From assembly GCA_000025185.1 (NCBI GenBank), contig CP001848.1, positions 3,240,001 through 3,272,000 of the forward strand: DNA of 32,000 nucleotides, read 5' to 3'. This DNA is from Pirellula staleyi DSM 6068. GTDB taxonomy: Bacteria > Planctomycetota > Planctomycetia > Pirellulales > Pirellulaceae. The first letter of the stretch is position 1; every line of letters starts with the position of its first letter. Below, in pieces: positions 16,401 to 24,500 of the stretch. Made by a program: the position numbers and the translations under genes. The notes under the pieces were generated by a model. It ran no database searches, had not been told where the DNA came from, and saw nothing but the letters and a program-made list of their open reading frames with translations.

Positions 16401-17380
16401 AGCACTACCTCACCAAAGTGCGCCAGTTGTGCGACACACGTGGCACCAAAGTCGGACCACCGATTGTGTTCGAAGGGAGTGCTGCCGCCGATGTTCGCGA
16501 CAATAATCTGCTCCGCGCTGCCATCGAGACCCCGGCCTCTCGTCAAACGCAACTCTCGCCGCGGCTGTGGCTCGGCGCTGCTGTGGCGGTGAAGGACCCC
16601 ACTTCGATTACCCTGCGACGCGGCAGTGGCGCGAACCTGCTGATCGTTGGCCAAAACGAAGAGCTTGCCACCGGCATGATGTCGGCCGCGATCCTCGCCT
16701 TGGCGAGTCAAACGGCGAGCACTGTTCCTGCCACTACTGAGAAGCCCCCTCAGTTCTCGAAGGTCACGCTGCTCGATGGTGCCCGCCCCGACACGACGTT
16801 TCCCGAGCAATGGAAAACGATTCTCGGCGATTCAGGAATCGCGGCGAGCACGATGCGCGGCAAAGATGCCGTGTCGGCGATCGCGCAGCTGGCTGATGAA
16901 GTCCAGCGTCGTCTCGATGCCGGTGAGCATCATGCCGAAACGTTGCTGCTGGTGATTCACGACCTGTCCCGTTTTCGCGACCTGAAAAAGTCGGACGATT
17001 TTGGGATGAGCTTCGGCGAGAGTAGTGAAGCAAGTGTCAGTGCTAGGCTCGCGACACTGCTCCGCGAAGGACCTGCCGTAGGGATTCACACCATCGTGTG
17101 GGCCGATTCTTACAACAGCGTCAACCGCTGGTTCGAGCGCGGAACGATTCGCGACTTCGAGTACCGCGCGCTGTTCCAGATGAGTGCTACCGATTCCGCC
17201 AATCTGATGGACAGCCCCGGCGCAAGCAAGCTGGGGAACTACCTGGCGTATCTCTACAGCGAAGAGTCGGGACAAGCCGAGCGGATGCGTCCCTACGGAA
17301 TTCCCGACAGCGACTTTCTCCGCGAGTTCCGCCAAACTCGGGAGAAACTGAGTCGCCACGCCGAACTCTTTCAGCCTTAA
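13442..17380 (+). CDS. Membrane-anchored FtsK/SpoIIIE-family ATPase, EssC/EccC-like, with three P-loop-type domains of which only the middle one is intact
   Basis: 1312 aa. It has a TM hairpin (aa ~215-263, nt ~14084-14230: WPILIGLFTIPILGYPAWLLV / WWVAAILTVFVASLVAVAVVLIM). Intact Walker A GKTGSGKST (15734-15760) is followed by EFFLIDFKKGVEF, and Walker B is VLLVIDEFQEF (16043 onward). The flanking domains have the same strand pattern but lack the catalytic residues: LLIKAEEEGRDQA...VRFTIIDPVGLGENF...ILVIANFPANF upstream, and LLIVGQNEELAT...LLLVIHDLSRF downstream. No C-terminal DNA-binding gamma-domain-like segment is evident. Confidence 0.9.
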   Translation: MTTTSISIERQRQIVATLGTLASDHAEQLRAIDQACKTLQDSEQRLAADEMARVSAEFEKKHAQQIATYKQQRDMALARYEHEGIAVFQAERTALEEENTRHTEAREVMRTVRQHAISEVQEEFRKAQIAPKVNAAQFQQQCEYSSSEVSALVVKAQSIVRRRCDWPESPPAPRVPGLFTKQQCVDRYTVALAKAYEKVHALQHQPSARVAEDGWPILIGLFTIPILGYPAWLLVGEYGWWVAAILTVFVASLVAVAVVLIMRPIARRETLRLVPEFQAAIDEARDALMASLEASRRELAEEQQRILAKRDTDTLAAKSAYKQSKADEKLAHQANITRIINDAENKRLAIENRLEPLMNKIEQTYPPQITELEVKFAAQLQELATACDAAVEKAELNRQSQVTAANAAMKTTLATLLAEAEAMQQRVDQWCPPLSSEALPTPAVDVEALRLGEFQLELPRLDAAAIDPSTLDIAIPASLRLPAVLSYPSLPSLLIKAEEEGRDQAARVIQAAILRLLATFPPGKVRFTIIDPVGLGENFSALMHLADFDERLVHSRIWTESNHIQQRLADLTAHMENVIQKYLRNEFDSIQQYNQQAGEVAEAYQILVIANFPANFSEEAVRRLLSITASGARCGVFTLISYDRKLKSPRPFDEADLGRSSHVLEWDSKLQHFRSQMEGLTHVPLVLDTPPSDEESTAIIRTIGQRARHAARVEVPFSYVIPGEEKWWTGDSRSGIDVPLGRAGAKNLQYMRLGKGTSQHVLISGKTGSGKSTLLNAIITNLALHYSPDELEFFLIDFKKGVEFKAYATCRLPHARVIAIESEREFGMSVLERLDLELKRRGDLFRQKGTQDLASFRSAAPEVVMPRVLLVIDEFQEFFTSDDRVSHDAALLLDRLVRQGRAFGIHVLLGSQTLSGAYSLARSTIGQMAVRVALQCSESDAHLILSEDNTAARLLSRPGEAIYNDANGLVEGNHPFQVVWLPDEEREHYLTKVRQLCDTRGTKVGPPIVFEGSAAADVRDNNLLRAAIETPASRQTQLSPRLWLGAAVAVKDPTSITLRRGSGANLLIVGQNEELATGMMSAAILALASQTASTVPATTEKPPQFSKVTLLDGARPDTTFPEQWKTILGDSGIAASTMRGKDAVSAIAQLADEVQRRLDAGEHHAETLLLVIHDLSRFRDLKKSDDFGMSFGESSEASVSARLATLLREGPAVGIHTIVWADSYNSVNRWFERGTIRDFEYRALFQMSATDSANLMDSPGASKLGNYLAYLYSEESGQAERMRPYGIPDSDFLREFRQTREKLSRHAELFQP

Positions 17381-18135
17381 ACAAGTGCCGAGCGCCGTAC
17401 TCGGAGCAGCAGGTCGTGTAGCTCGTCTCCCGCTGCTGGTGCCTCGGGAAGCTGCGTCGTTTTCATCGCCTCTTCGAGCAGCGAAACCAACCGCAGATAC
17501 TCGGCTGTATGCAGCGCCAGATCGGCCTGCTCGAGCTTCGATTTCTCGAGGCCAGCTAATTTGCGCGCCACCAGTTCGTTGATGTAGGGGAGCTTCATCT
17601 CATCGTTCAGTACTAGCAAGTTCGCTTCGATTTTACCGGCTCGCATCAAATGGATTCCGGTGAGCAGTACGCGATAGACGTAAAGTAGCGGCTTCACGCG
17701 CGGAGGCTCTTCTTTCTGGAACAGATGCCACTGCGTGCTGGCAAAACCGAGGTAGTGATGGGCATGAAAACGGGTGATGCAGCGACTGGCGATTTCGCGC
17801 AGCTCGGCATGCCACGGAGTCGTGCTTACCACCAGAGGCGACAGCAGTTGCTCGAGCACGTAGCCGTTTTTCTTAAGCATTAGCCCGAAAAACTTTTCAG
17901 CTTCGTGGGTCACGAGATCGATCTCGAGTCCTTCGACTATGCCCGACTTTTCGACGGTATCGGGACCCCGTTTGAGACCCACCAGTTCGTCAAGCGGTAG
18001 CAGGTGGATTCCTCGGAGATCGAAATCGGAATCAGGCGACGGAAATCCATAGAGATGCGCGCCGCTGATGGTGGCAAACAGGAGTGGATAAGGATGAGCA
18101 ACCACTTGTCGCTCGAGTGTGGCATAAGGGATCAC
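17377..18135 (-). CDS. Pol-beta-superfamily nucleotidyltransferase (COG3541 / PF10127-like), paralog B
   Basis: 252 aa. The N-terminal NTase motif is LLFATISGAHLYGFPSPDSDFDLRGIHLLP (G-[SA]-x9-11-D-x-D), followed by a long helical C-terminal domain. The GTG start overlaps the upstream paralog's stop as GTGA. Confidence 0.8.
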   Translation of the reverse strand: MIPYATLERQVVAHPYPLLFATISGAHLYGFPSPDSDFDLRGIHLLPLDELVGLKRGPDTVEKSGIVEGLEIDLVTHEAEKFFGLMLKKNGYVLEQLLSPLVVSTTPWHAELREIASRCITRFHAHHYLGFASTQWHLFQKEEPPRVKPLLYVYRVLLTGIHLMRAGKIEANLLVLNDEMKLPYINELVARKLAGLEKSKLEQADLALHTAEYLRLVSLLEEAMKTTQLPEAPAAGDELHDLLLRVRRSALV

Positions 18136-18851
18136 GGCAGGCTCGCTTTTAGGGCTAATGTCCGAGCTTCGATCAGCAGATCGTTGGCAAGCTCGCGATT
18201 GGGATGTTCGGGGAGTGAGGTGGTGGCTAGGGCCAGGTCGAATTGGTGGCTCAGTGAGCGGCGCAGCGCGTCGACTTCGTCGAACGTTCGCTTCCCCGAC
18301 TTAATATCGCGCAGCAGCTGCAGATGCTCTCCCACGTGGAGCGTGAGCTCGCCTGTTTGCAGCAACGTGATTCCGGTCAGCTGCAACCTGATGAGGTGCA
18401 TCATCTGTTTCCAGCGAATGCGCTCGAGGTTGCGAAGCTCTGTGGTGATTCGTTTGAATTGTGACTCGACATAGCCTTGAAAGGTGTCGTAAACAGCTCG
18501 CGACAAAAACTCTGCGCGAGCAGCGATCAGCTTCTTTGCAAAAGGAGAAGCAAACTCGACCAGGGGCGAGTACAACGTTTCCAAAATGTTGGGATTGCTC
18601 TTGAGGGCCAGTTTGAGGAATTTTTCGAATTCCCAGTAAACCTCTTGCGTGGCATCGTTTTCAATCTGCTCAGGGACTCCCTCGAGCGACCAATGCTGCT
18701 CGGCTTGAGGCAGATAGATGCCACGTTTGTCGGTGTCGGAATGTTCGTCGTCGAGGCCATACGCGCGCGAACCGATCACCACGCGTAGCATTACGCGTGA
18801 TTCGTAGTGTCGAAAATCTAGTTCGGACGGACGCATGGTTAAACTCAGCAC
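18132..18851 (-). CDS. Pol-beta-superfamily nucleotidyltransferase (COG3541 / PF10127-like), paralog A
   Basis: 239 aa. The NTase motif is VVIGSRAYGLDDEHSDTDKRGIYLPQ (G-S ... D-x-D), with a helical C-terminal domain of similar length to paralog B. The start is either GTG 18851 or ATG 18836. Confidence 0.8.
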   Translation of the reverse strand: MLSLTMRPSELDFRHYESRVMLRVVIGSRAYGLDDEHSDTDKRGIYLPQAEQHWSLEGVPEQIENDATQEVYWEFEKFLKLALKSNPNILETLYSPLVEFASPFAKKLIAARAEFLSRAVYDTFQGYVESQFKRITTELRNLERIRWKQMMHLIRLQLTGITLLQTGELTLHVGEHLQLLRDIKSGKRTFDEVDALRRSLSHQFDLALATTSLPEHPNRELANDLLIEARTLALKASLP

Positions 18852-19117
18852 TAGCCTCGAAGAATTTATAGGTTCATGCGAGTGGTTCGCGTGTTTCTGT
18901 CAGTAGAGTTGACTCAGCAAACAGGTCACCAAAACAGGCGGTCAGGTGATCGGCTCAGGCTTCGATTTCTTCGAAGTGAACCTTGGGACGAGGAAGCTGT
19001 CATTCACGTTCGCGCGAGTTGCTTGGGAGGCAGGTTTGCCAGCATAATCGATGGGGCGAATGTTGTAGTATGAGTGTGTAGCGACTAGCGTGCGGTTGGA
19101 TGGCGAGCGGGTGATGT

Positions 19118-19582
19118 ATGTCTGAGATCAAAGGACAAAAACTGTTTGTGAATGTCGGTCCCTCGGAAGCTCGAAGAAGGCTCAAAGGGTTTGGGCATGG
19201 GGTGCGCAAAGTGCAGAGCAACGGCCGAAATCAAGCGGTGATTATTCACACCGCCACACGGCAAAATCTGACCGAACTTGAAGCCAAGTTTGCCGATGTC
19301 GGTTTTGCCAGCCGAGCGACAGAACTCGCCGAGCCGATTGAAAACCTGCGAAATCTTGGCCCCACGAGTTGTCGCTGGCTACACGATATGGGTGTTTACA
19401 CGATCGACGAGCTACGGAAATTAGGAGCTGTCGATACGTTTCGAATTGTCAAACGCTCGCATCCTGAAGCGTCGCTCAACTTGCTTTATGCCCTGGTGGC
19501 GGGGCTCGCCGATCGCGACTTTCGAGATCTCTCGGAGGAAGAAAAACAGACACTTCGAAGCGCTGCCTTTGCGGCTGATTGA
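19118..19582 (+). CDS. TfoX/Sxy C-terminal-domain (helix-hairpin-helix) protein with an unrelated N-terminal region
   Basis: The C-terminal half, IENLRNLGPTSCRWLHDMGVYTIDELRKLGAVDTFRIVKRSHPEASLNLLYALVAGLADRDFRDL, follows the TfoX_C pattern (L.NLG......L...GI.t..eL..lGa..a........sLNlLYAL.gA). The N-terminal ~70 aa are not the TfoX_N domain as far as I can tell. Confidence 0.65.
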   Translation: MSEIKGQKLFVNVGPSEARRRLKGFGHGVRKVQSNGRNQAVIIHTATRQNLTELEAKFADVGFASRATELAEPIENLRNLGPTSCRWLHDMGVYTIDELRKLGAVDTFRIVKRSHPEASLNLLYALVAGLADRDFRDLSEEEKQTLRSAAFAAD

Positions 19583-19656
19583 CCGCTGCGTCGCAGTCTG
19601 CTGCGTCGGTGAAAAAGTGTGGTATAACGAGCGTCTCCTCTCCTCCTGTGGGCCTT

Positions 19657-21369
19657 ATGCGCGACGTTCTTCGGAGGTCTCGCTACAAGCCCAGAACAGC
19701 CACTCGTAGAGGATCGAGGTTCTGCGTGAAAGTCCGTCCGTTTGTTACTGGGGTCGGTTTATTGCTCGTCGTGTTTGCGGCGATCGAAAATCACGCGAGT
19801 TTCGGGGCCGAGGTCTCTGGCGCGATCGAAAACCCTGGCGAGCAGTTTAGCCCAGCTGCCGATTTTCAGCTGACAGCCGACACCACCTTTGGCTGGCGCA
19901 CCGGTCGGCTGAGTGGTGCGATTAACCTGGCCGGGCATACTCTTACGATCGACACCGGTGGGGGCAACCGTACGACGCTCGACGGGGCGATCAGTGGCGC
20001 GGGGAATTTGGTCTGGATCGGTGGCGGTGCTCCCACGCTACAAACCGCGCCGTCGTTCCTCGGTGGTGAATCGCCGAGCAGTTTCACCGGCACACTCACG
20101 ATCACGCAAGGAACGCTCGCGCTCGCTAAGCCGATGAACGTTGCAGCATTCGCCGGAAAACTGCTGGTGCTTGGCGGTGGGAAGAATCAGGCAATCGTGC
20201 GACTCGATCAGAGCGAGCAGTTGCCCGACGACTGCGTCGTGCGAATGCTCGGTGAACATGAGGCGCGGATCTGGACCAGCGGCAACTCCGAAACGCTCGG
20301 CCCGCTCGATCTGCAAACGCACGGCACCCTTGATCTCGGAGAGGGGGACAGCAGTTTGTGCTTTGCCGATAGTTCGGCGGTGCGCTGGGATCTCTCCAAG
20401 ACACTCACCATCGAGCAGTGGACAACTGGTCGCGACAAAGTTGCCTTCGGAACTTCGGCGACAGGTCTCACCGACCAGCAGCTCGCGCGGATTGGGTTTG
20501 CGAATCCGTCGCAGCATCCACCGGGACTTTACTCCGCGAAGATCGGTAGCGATGGCGCGGTCGTACCGGGAGTCAAGATTGCGGCCAAAAATGCACCGTT
20601 TGATCTCTCGGAGAATGCTCGCGCGGAACGAGAGAAACTGTACGCCGTCCAGGGCCTAGCGCACATTGCGGCGGCTGATTCTCCGCTGCAGCAAGGGATG
20701 AGTCTCTCGTTCTTCGGCGACTCGATCACATGGCAAGATGTCTATCTCGCCAAGATCCGCGCAGCGATTGCTGCGGGGGAAACAACGAGAAAACTCGAGA
20801 TCAAGTGCATCAATCGGGGGATCAACGGTGGAGGTGTGCTGGCGGTTCGCGACGGAAGCGAAAAGGCTGCCTACGTGAGCGAAGCCGAGCGCGATGGTCG
20901 TCAGGCGGCGCTGGCCGAAGTAATTGCGGCCGACAAGTCGAGTGTCGCGGTGGTGTTTATTGGCATCAACGATGTGTGGTGGCGCGATACAACTCCCGAA
21001 GTCTTCGAAACGACGTTACGCGACATCGCTGCCACCTGTCGCCAGAACCGTACGAAGCTGGTTCTCGCTACGCTGGCGATCTACCAAGAGAAGCCGGACG
21101 GTACCAACCCGCTCGATAAAAAATGCGATGCATTTGCCGAGCTGACGCGCACCGTTGCCAAGGCCGAAAAGGTGACGCTGGTCGATCTCCGGAGCGCGAT
21201 GATTGCGTACCTGCAAAATCACAACGCACAGCTACGCGTCGATGGAATGGTGGTCTCGCGCGAGAGTGGCCTGCTGACCTACGATGGTGTTCATCCCAGC
21301 GAGGAAGGGAATCGCTTGCTCGCCGAGCTGATTAGTGATGGAGTCGTCCGCGCGCTGCGGTCGGAATAG
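19657..21369 (+). CDS. Secreted two-domain protein: autotransporter-associated beta-strand-repeat region plus a C-terminal SGNH/GDSL hydrolase
   Basis: The hydrophobic signal region is VTGVGLLLVVFAAIENHASFGAE. G-rich beta-strand repeat text includes GGNRTTLDGAISGAGNLVWIGGG...FTGTLTITQGTLAL. SGNH blocks are FFGDSITWQ (block I Ser), NRGINGGG (II), VFIGINDVWW (III) and DGVHPSEEGN (V, Asp/His). The start is uncertain: ORF track 19579, ATG 19657 or GTG 19726. Confidence 0.8.
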   Translation: MRDVLRRSRYKPRTATRRGSRFCVKVRPFVTGVGLLLVVFAAIENHASFGAEVSGAIENPGEQFSPAADFQLTADTTFGWRTGRLSGAINLAGHTLTIDTGGGNRTTLDGAISGAGNLVWIGGGAPTLQTAPSFLGGESPSSFTGTLTITQGTLALAKPMNVAAFAGKLLVLGGGKNQAIVRLDQSEQLPDDCVVRMLGEHEARIWTSGNSETLGPLDLQTHGTLDLGEGDSSLCFADSSAVRWDLSKTLTIEQWTTGRDKVAFGTSATGLTDQQLARIGFANPSQHPPGLYSAKIGSDGAVVPGVKIAAKNAPFDLSENARAEREKLYAVQGLAHIAAADSPLQQGMSLSFFGDSITWQDVYLAKIRAAIAAGETTRKLEIKCINRGINGGGVLAVRDGSEKAAYVSEAERDGRQAALAEVIAADKSSVAVVFIGINDVWWRDTTPEVFETTLRDIAATCRQNRTKLVLATLAIYQEKPDGTNPLDKKCDAFAELTRTVAKAEKVTLVDLRSAMIAYLQNHNAQLRVDGMVVSRESGLLTYDGVHPSEEGNRLLAELISDGVVRALRSE

Positions 21370-21433
21370 TTTTCGCTCTCCCGGTAAACGCTTAGTCGGT
21401 ACTTCTGGCTGAATATCAGAGCGTATCAATGCC

Positions 21434-21453
21434 CCCTCAAAAATGTTTGAGGG
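21434..21453 (+). terminator. Perfect 8-bp hairpin in the intergenic region
   Basis: CCCTCAAA-AATG-TTTGAGGG at 21434-21453, 65 nt after the stop at 21369 and 79 nt before the next start. The stem is A/T-containing and no clear U-tract follows, so it could be a terminator or a regulatory hairpin. Confidence 0.3.
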
Positions 21454-21531
21454 AGTATGGGGAAGATGCTACGATCGGGGGTCTTTCGTTCTCCCCATCT
21501 TCGCGGCAAAAAACGCTTCTGAGGTTCCGTC

Positions 21532-24500
21532 ATGGCAGGCTCGAAGGTAACGGTTCGAGTAGAGGTCTTTCATCAGCAGCGGTTGCTTGCGCAGCGAGTT
21601 CTGGGGCTCGTCTTGGGGGCGATTTTATTAGGCGCACCCGCGAATGTTTGGTCGCAAACGGCAGCTACAGCTCCTGAGGTGAAGGCTGAGTTGCCGAATC
21701 AATTGGTGCTGGCCAGTGGGGCCGGTTCGCAGATCGATATCGACCAAAAACGTAGCCAAGGGATCCTCGCGCGCGAGCTCTTTCGGCAAGCCTTTATCAT
21801 CGCAGCTGCGGAGACGAATAATGTTGCGGCATACGACCTGAATCTTGGCCAGCGAGGTCCGGAAGGGTGTCCCCAAGTCGATTTGAAATTGCTCGCTAAC
21901 CCGGGCTTGGTGTTTCAGCTTTCGGTGGTGCAAGGGACCCCCGGCATGCAAGGCAAAACCGAGCATCTGAGGCCACACGCTGCTGATAGTTTTTCAAACC
22001 GGGTCGAGGAAGCGGAGCAATTTTCGCGGGGGCTGTTTGGGGTGATGCTCGAGAAGGTGGCGCGCCGAGGGAGCCCGACGTTCTATCGCAATCCCCGCGA
22101 ATTGTTGCCGCAGGTTCCACCGCTGCTCGCCGATATGAACTTTGTCTCGCAGTGGCATGCCGCAGCGCTACTGCACGAAGACATCGAGAAACGTGGCTAT
22201 ACGGTGCATAACCTGGCGGCCCTCAGCCGCGCGTATTCGAACCTGGGGATTCTGACCGATCGTCACTTTCATCCGACGAACAAGGTGTTCAGGGCTCGCG
22301 CTCTGTTGTACGCACAGCGTATGGTGCGCGATGGCCGAGCGAAGGGGCTAGCGCACGAAACTCGCGCGTATGCTTACATGTTGCTCGGCATGCCGCTGCT
22401 GGCGCTGGAAGATCTGCTGGCAATCGAGGGTTTAAAAGAGGAAGAGCGGCAAGGCATGGTAGGTCTTGCGCCGCTGATGAAGTCGTACCTCGATTTCGAC
22501 TATCTAGCGCTCGAGCCCGATCGGCATCCCGATTCGCTGCGGCAATTGGCGACGCTGCTGAGCTATCTCGCGCGGGAATATTCCTACGACGATAATGCCA
22601 AAGCGATTGCCGCGATGAAGGTGATGGAGTCGATGCCGCAGTGCTATCGTGTCGTCGCCGAGATCTCGGAGAATCGCGAACTGGGTACCGCTCGTCAAGC
22701 AACCGGAGTCAGCCCACTGCTCACCGGGGCGACCCTTTACAGCCGCATCGCCAAGCTGCCGTCGCTGCCTCCCGCCATCAAAAAACTGGCCGATGAAGGG
22801 CTCGTGCTGACCACGGGAGGGGGACCGCTTGGCTCGCACGATGTTCGCGCCGAACTGGTGCTGCGGGGCAAGTTGATCGCTGCGCTGCAAGCTGCCGACG
22901 GAGCAGTGGGAGAGCAGCAGCGGCTGACGTTTCCGACCCTCGGTTTCCTGCTCTCCGACCATTCGTTCATGGAAGTGGTCCGGCTGGCCGAGGTGCTTGT
23001 CCACAAACTTGCCGTGCCGCTTGATCCCGGATTCGAAGTCTTCGAGCCGATCTATAAGCCACATCCCTACAGTTATGTGGTCGATAGTTATCGCGGAAGT
23101 TTAGAGTTGCGTCAGGTGGCGATCGGCAAGGCGAAGCAAGAGAGCTGCGCCAATCTCGATATGAATGCTCGTGCTCTACTGCCGGTGATCGATGGAGCCC
23201 AAGCGGCGATGGTGGGGCAGTGGAGTCAAACGAGAGATAAACTCGCGAGACAGACGGACATGACCGGAGCCGATTTGAGTCGACTCTTCAGCCGGCTCCC
23301 TCAGGCACCAGGCGCAAGGCCCGACCAACTAGCGGAAGCGTTCTACGAAACCTGGCCCAATTCAACACTGGCGCGGCAGGCGATGATCAACCATAACTGG
23401 CGCGCTGTGAAACTTGATCTCGATGTCTGGATCAACCGGACCGCACAAGAACCGCTGCTGACACCTGCGCTCGCCCAGCGGCTGATCGCCGAGCGAGAGT
23501 TCGAGAAGGCCGCGCAAATGCTCGAGCAGAGTGTGAAGCTGGCCGGATCGTTCGAGGCCTATTTTCAGCTCGCCACCTGCTATCAGCGGATGGACAAAAA
23601 GCTTGATGCCATCGAGGCCTTCAAGGGAGCACTACAGCTGCCCGATCGGGGGCTCAGTCGCGCGAAGTTCAACGAGTATATCGCTCGGGAATATCTGAAG
23701 CTCGATCGCGCGCAAGATGCGCTCCCTTATGCGGAAGCTGCGGCCGACAGCTATTCCGAATGGGGGCTTCGTGTAGCTGGCGAGACGCACGAAATTTTGC
23801 GCAGCTGGGCCGATGCGGAGAAGTATTTCAAAGCAGCTTCGCTCCGCTACGGCACGACCGACTGGTATCGCTTCACGCACGGCACACCCTTTGGCGACTA
23901 CGAAGGGGCGCGCGAGTTCATGCGTAAGGCGGCGCTCGATGATCGCAATGGCCGGCTGGGTGTCACGACCCGTGCGCACCTTCTGCTGCTCAGCGACAAG
24001 CAGGAAGTGGCGGCCGATTATCTGCAGCGACAAGTGCAGCAAAATCCACGAGCCACGACTCTCCGTTTACTCCTGGCCTCAGCCTGCGATCAAAAGGGGG
24101 ATGCTAAAGCGCGCGACGCCGCACTTCGCCAGATTCTGGCTGACGACGCAGCGCAAAAATCGAACTTGAACCATCCAGCGTGGGACATCTGCCACATCAA
24201 GCTCGCCGAAGCGATCCTGGCCGATGTAGAAAAAGGGAGTCGAGGGGAACTCGATCCCCAAGCGATCGACGCTGCGAGCGAGCGTGCGGAAAGCGACGAT
24301 GGGAGGATCGATCTCTACTACTTGGCGGGACGCTACTGCGAGCTACGCGAGAAAAAGGATCTCGCCAAGACCTTCTACCTGAAGGCGTGGGGTAATGATT
24401 TTGTGAACTACAACACCCGTTATGCAGCGGGCGAGCGCCTCGAGAGAATGGGGGTCGATGCCCGCAGCATTCTCACCGAGAGTCAAAAGAAACTCTACGG

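Noticed and set aside
13442-17380. Interpreting the FtsK/SpoIIIE protein as the chromosomal DNA translocase FtsK or a conjugative DNA pump
   Set aside because: Two of its three P-loop-like domains are degenerate. No C-terminal gamma (KOPS-binding winged-helix) region is evident. No relaxase, T4SS or division genes are nearby. It lies directly downstream of two WXG100-like genes. The DNA-pump reading is not formally excluded without phylogeny.
18852-19117. Possible promoter elements (TTGACT near 18910, TTTATAGG near 18865) in the divergent region between the NTase pair and the TfoX-C gene
   Set aside because: These are isolated hexamer-like matches without a correctly spaced partner element. 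Planctomycetal promoter consensus is poorly defined, so the support is not enough to annotate them.
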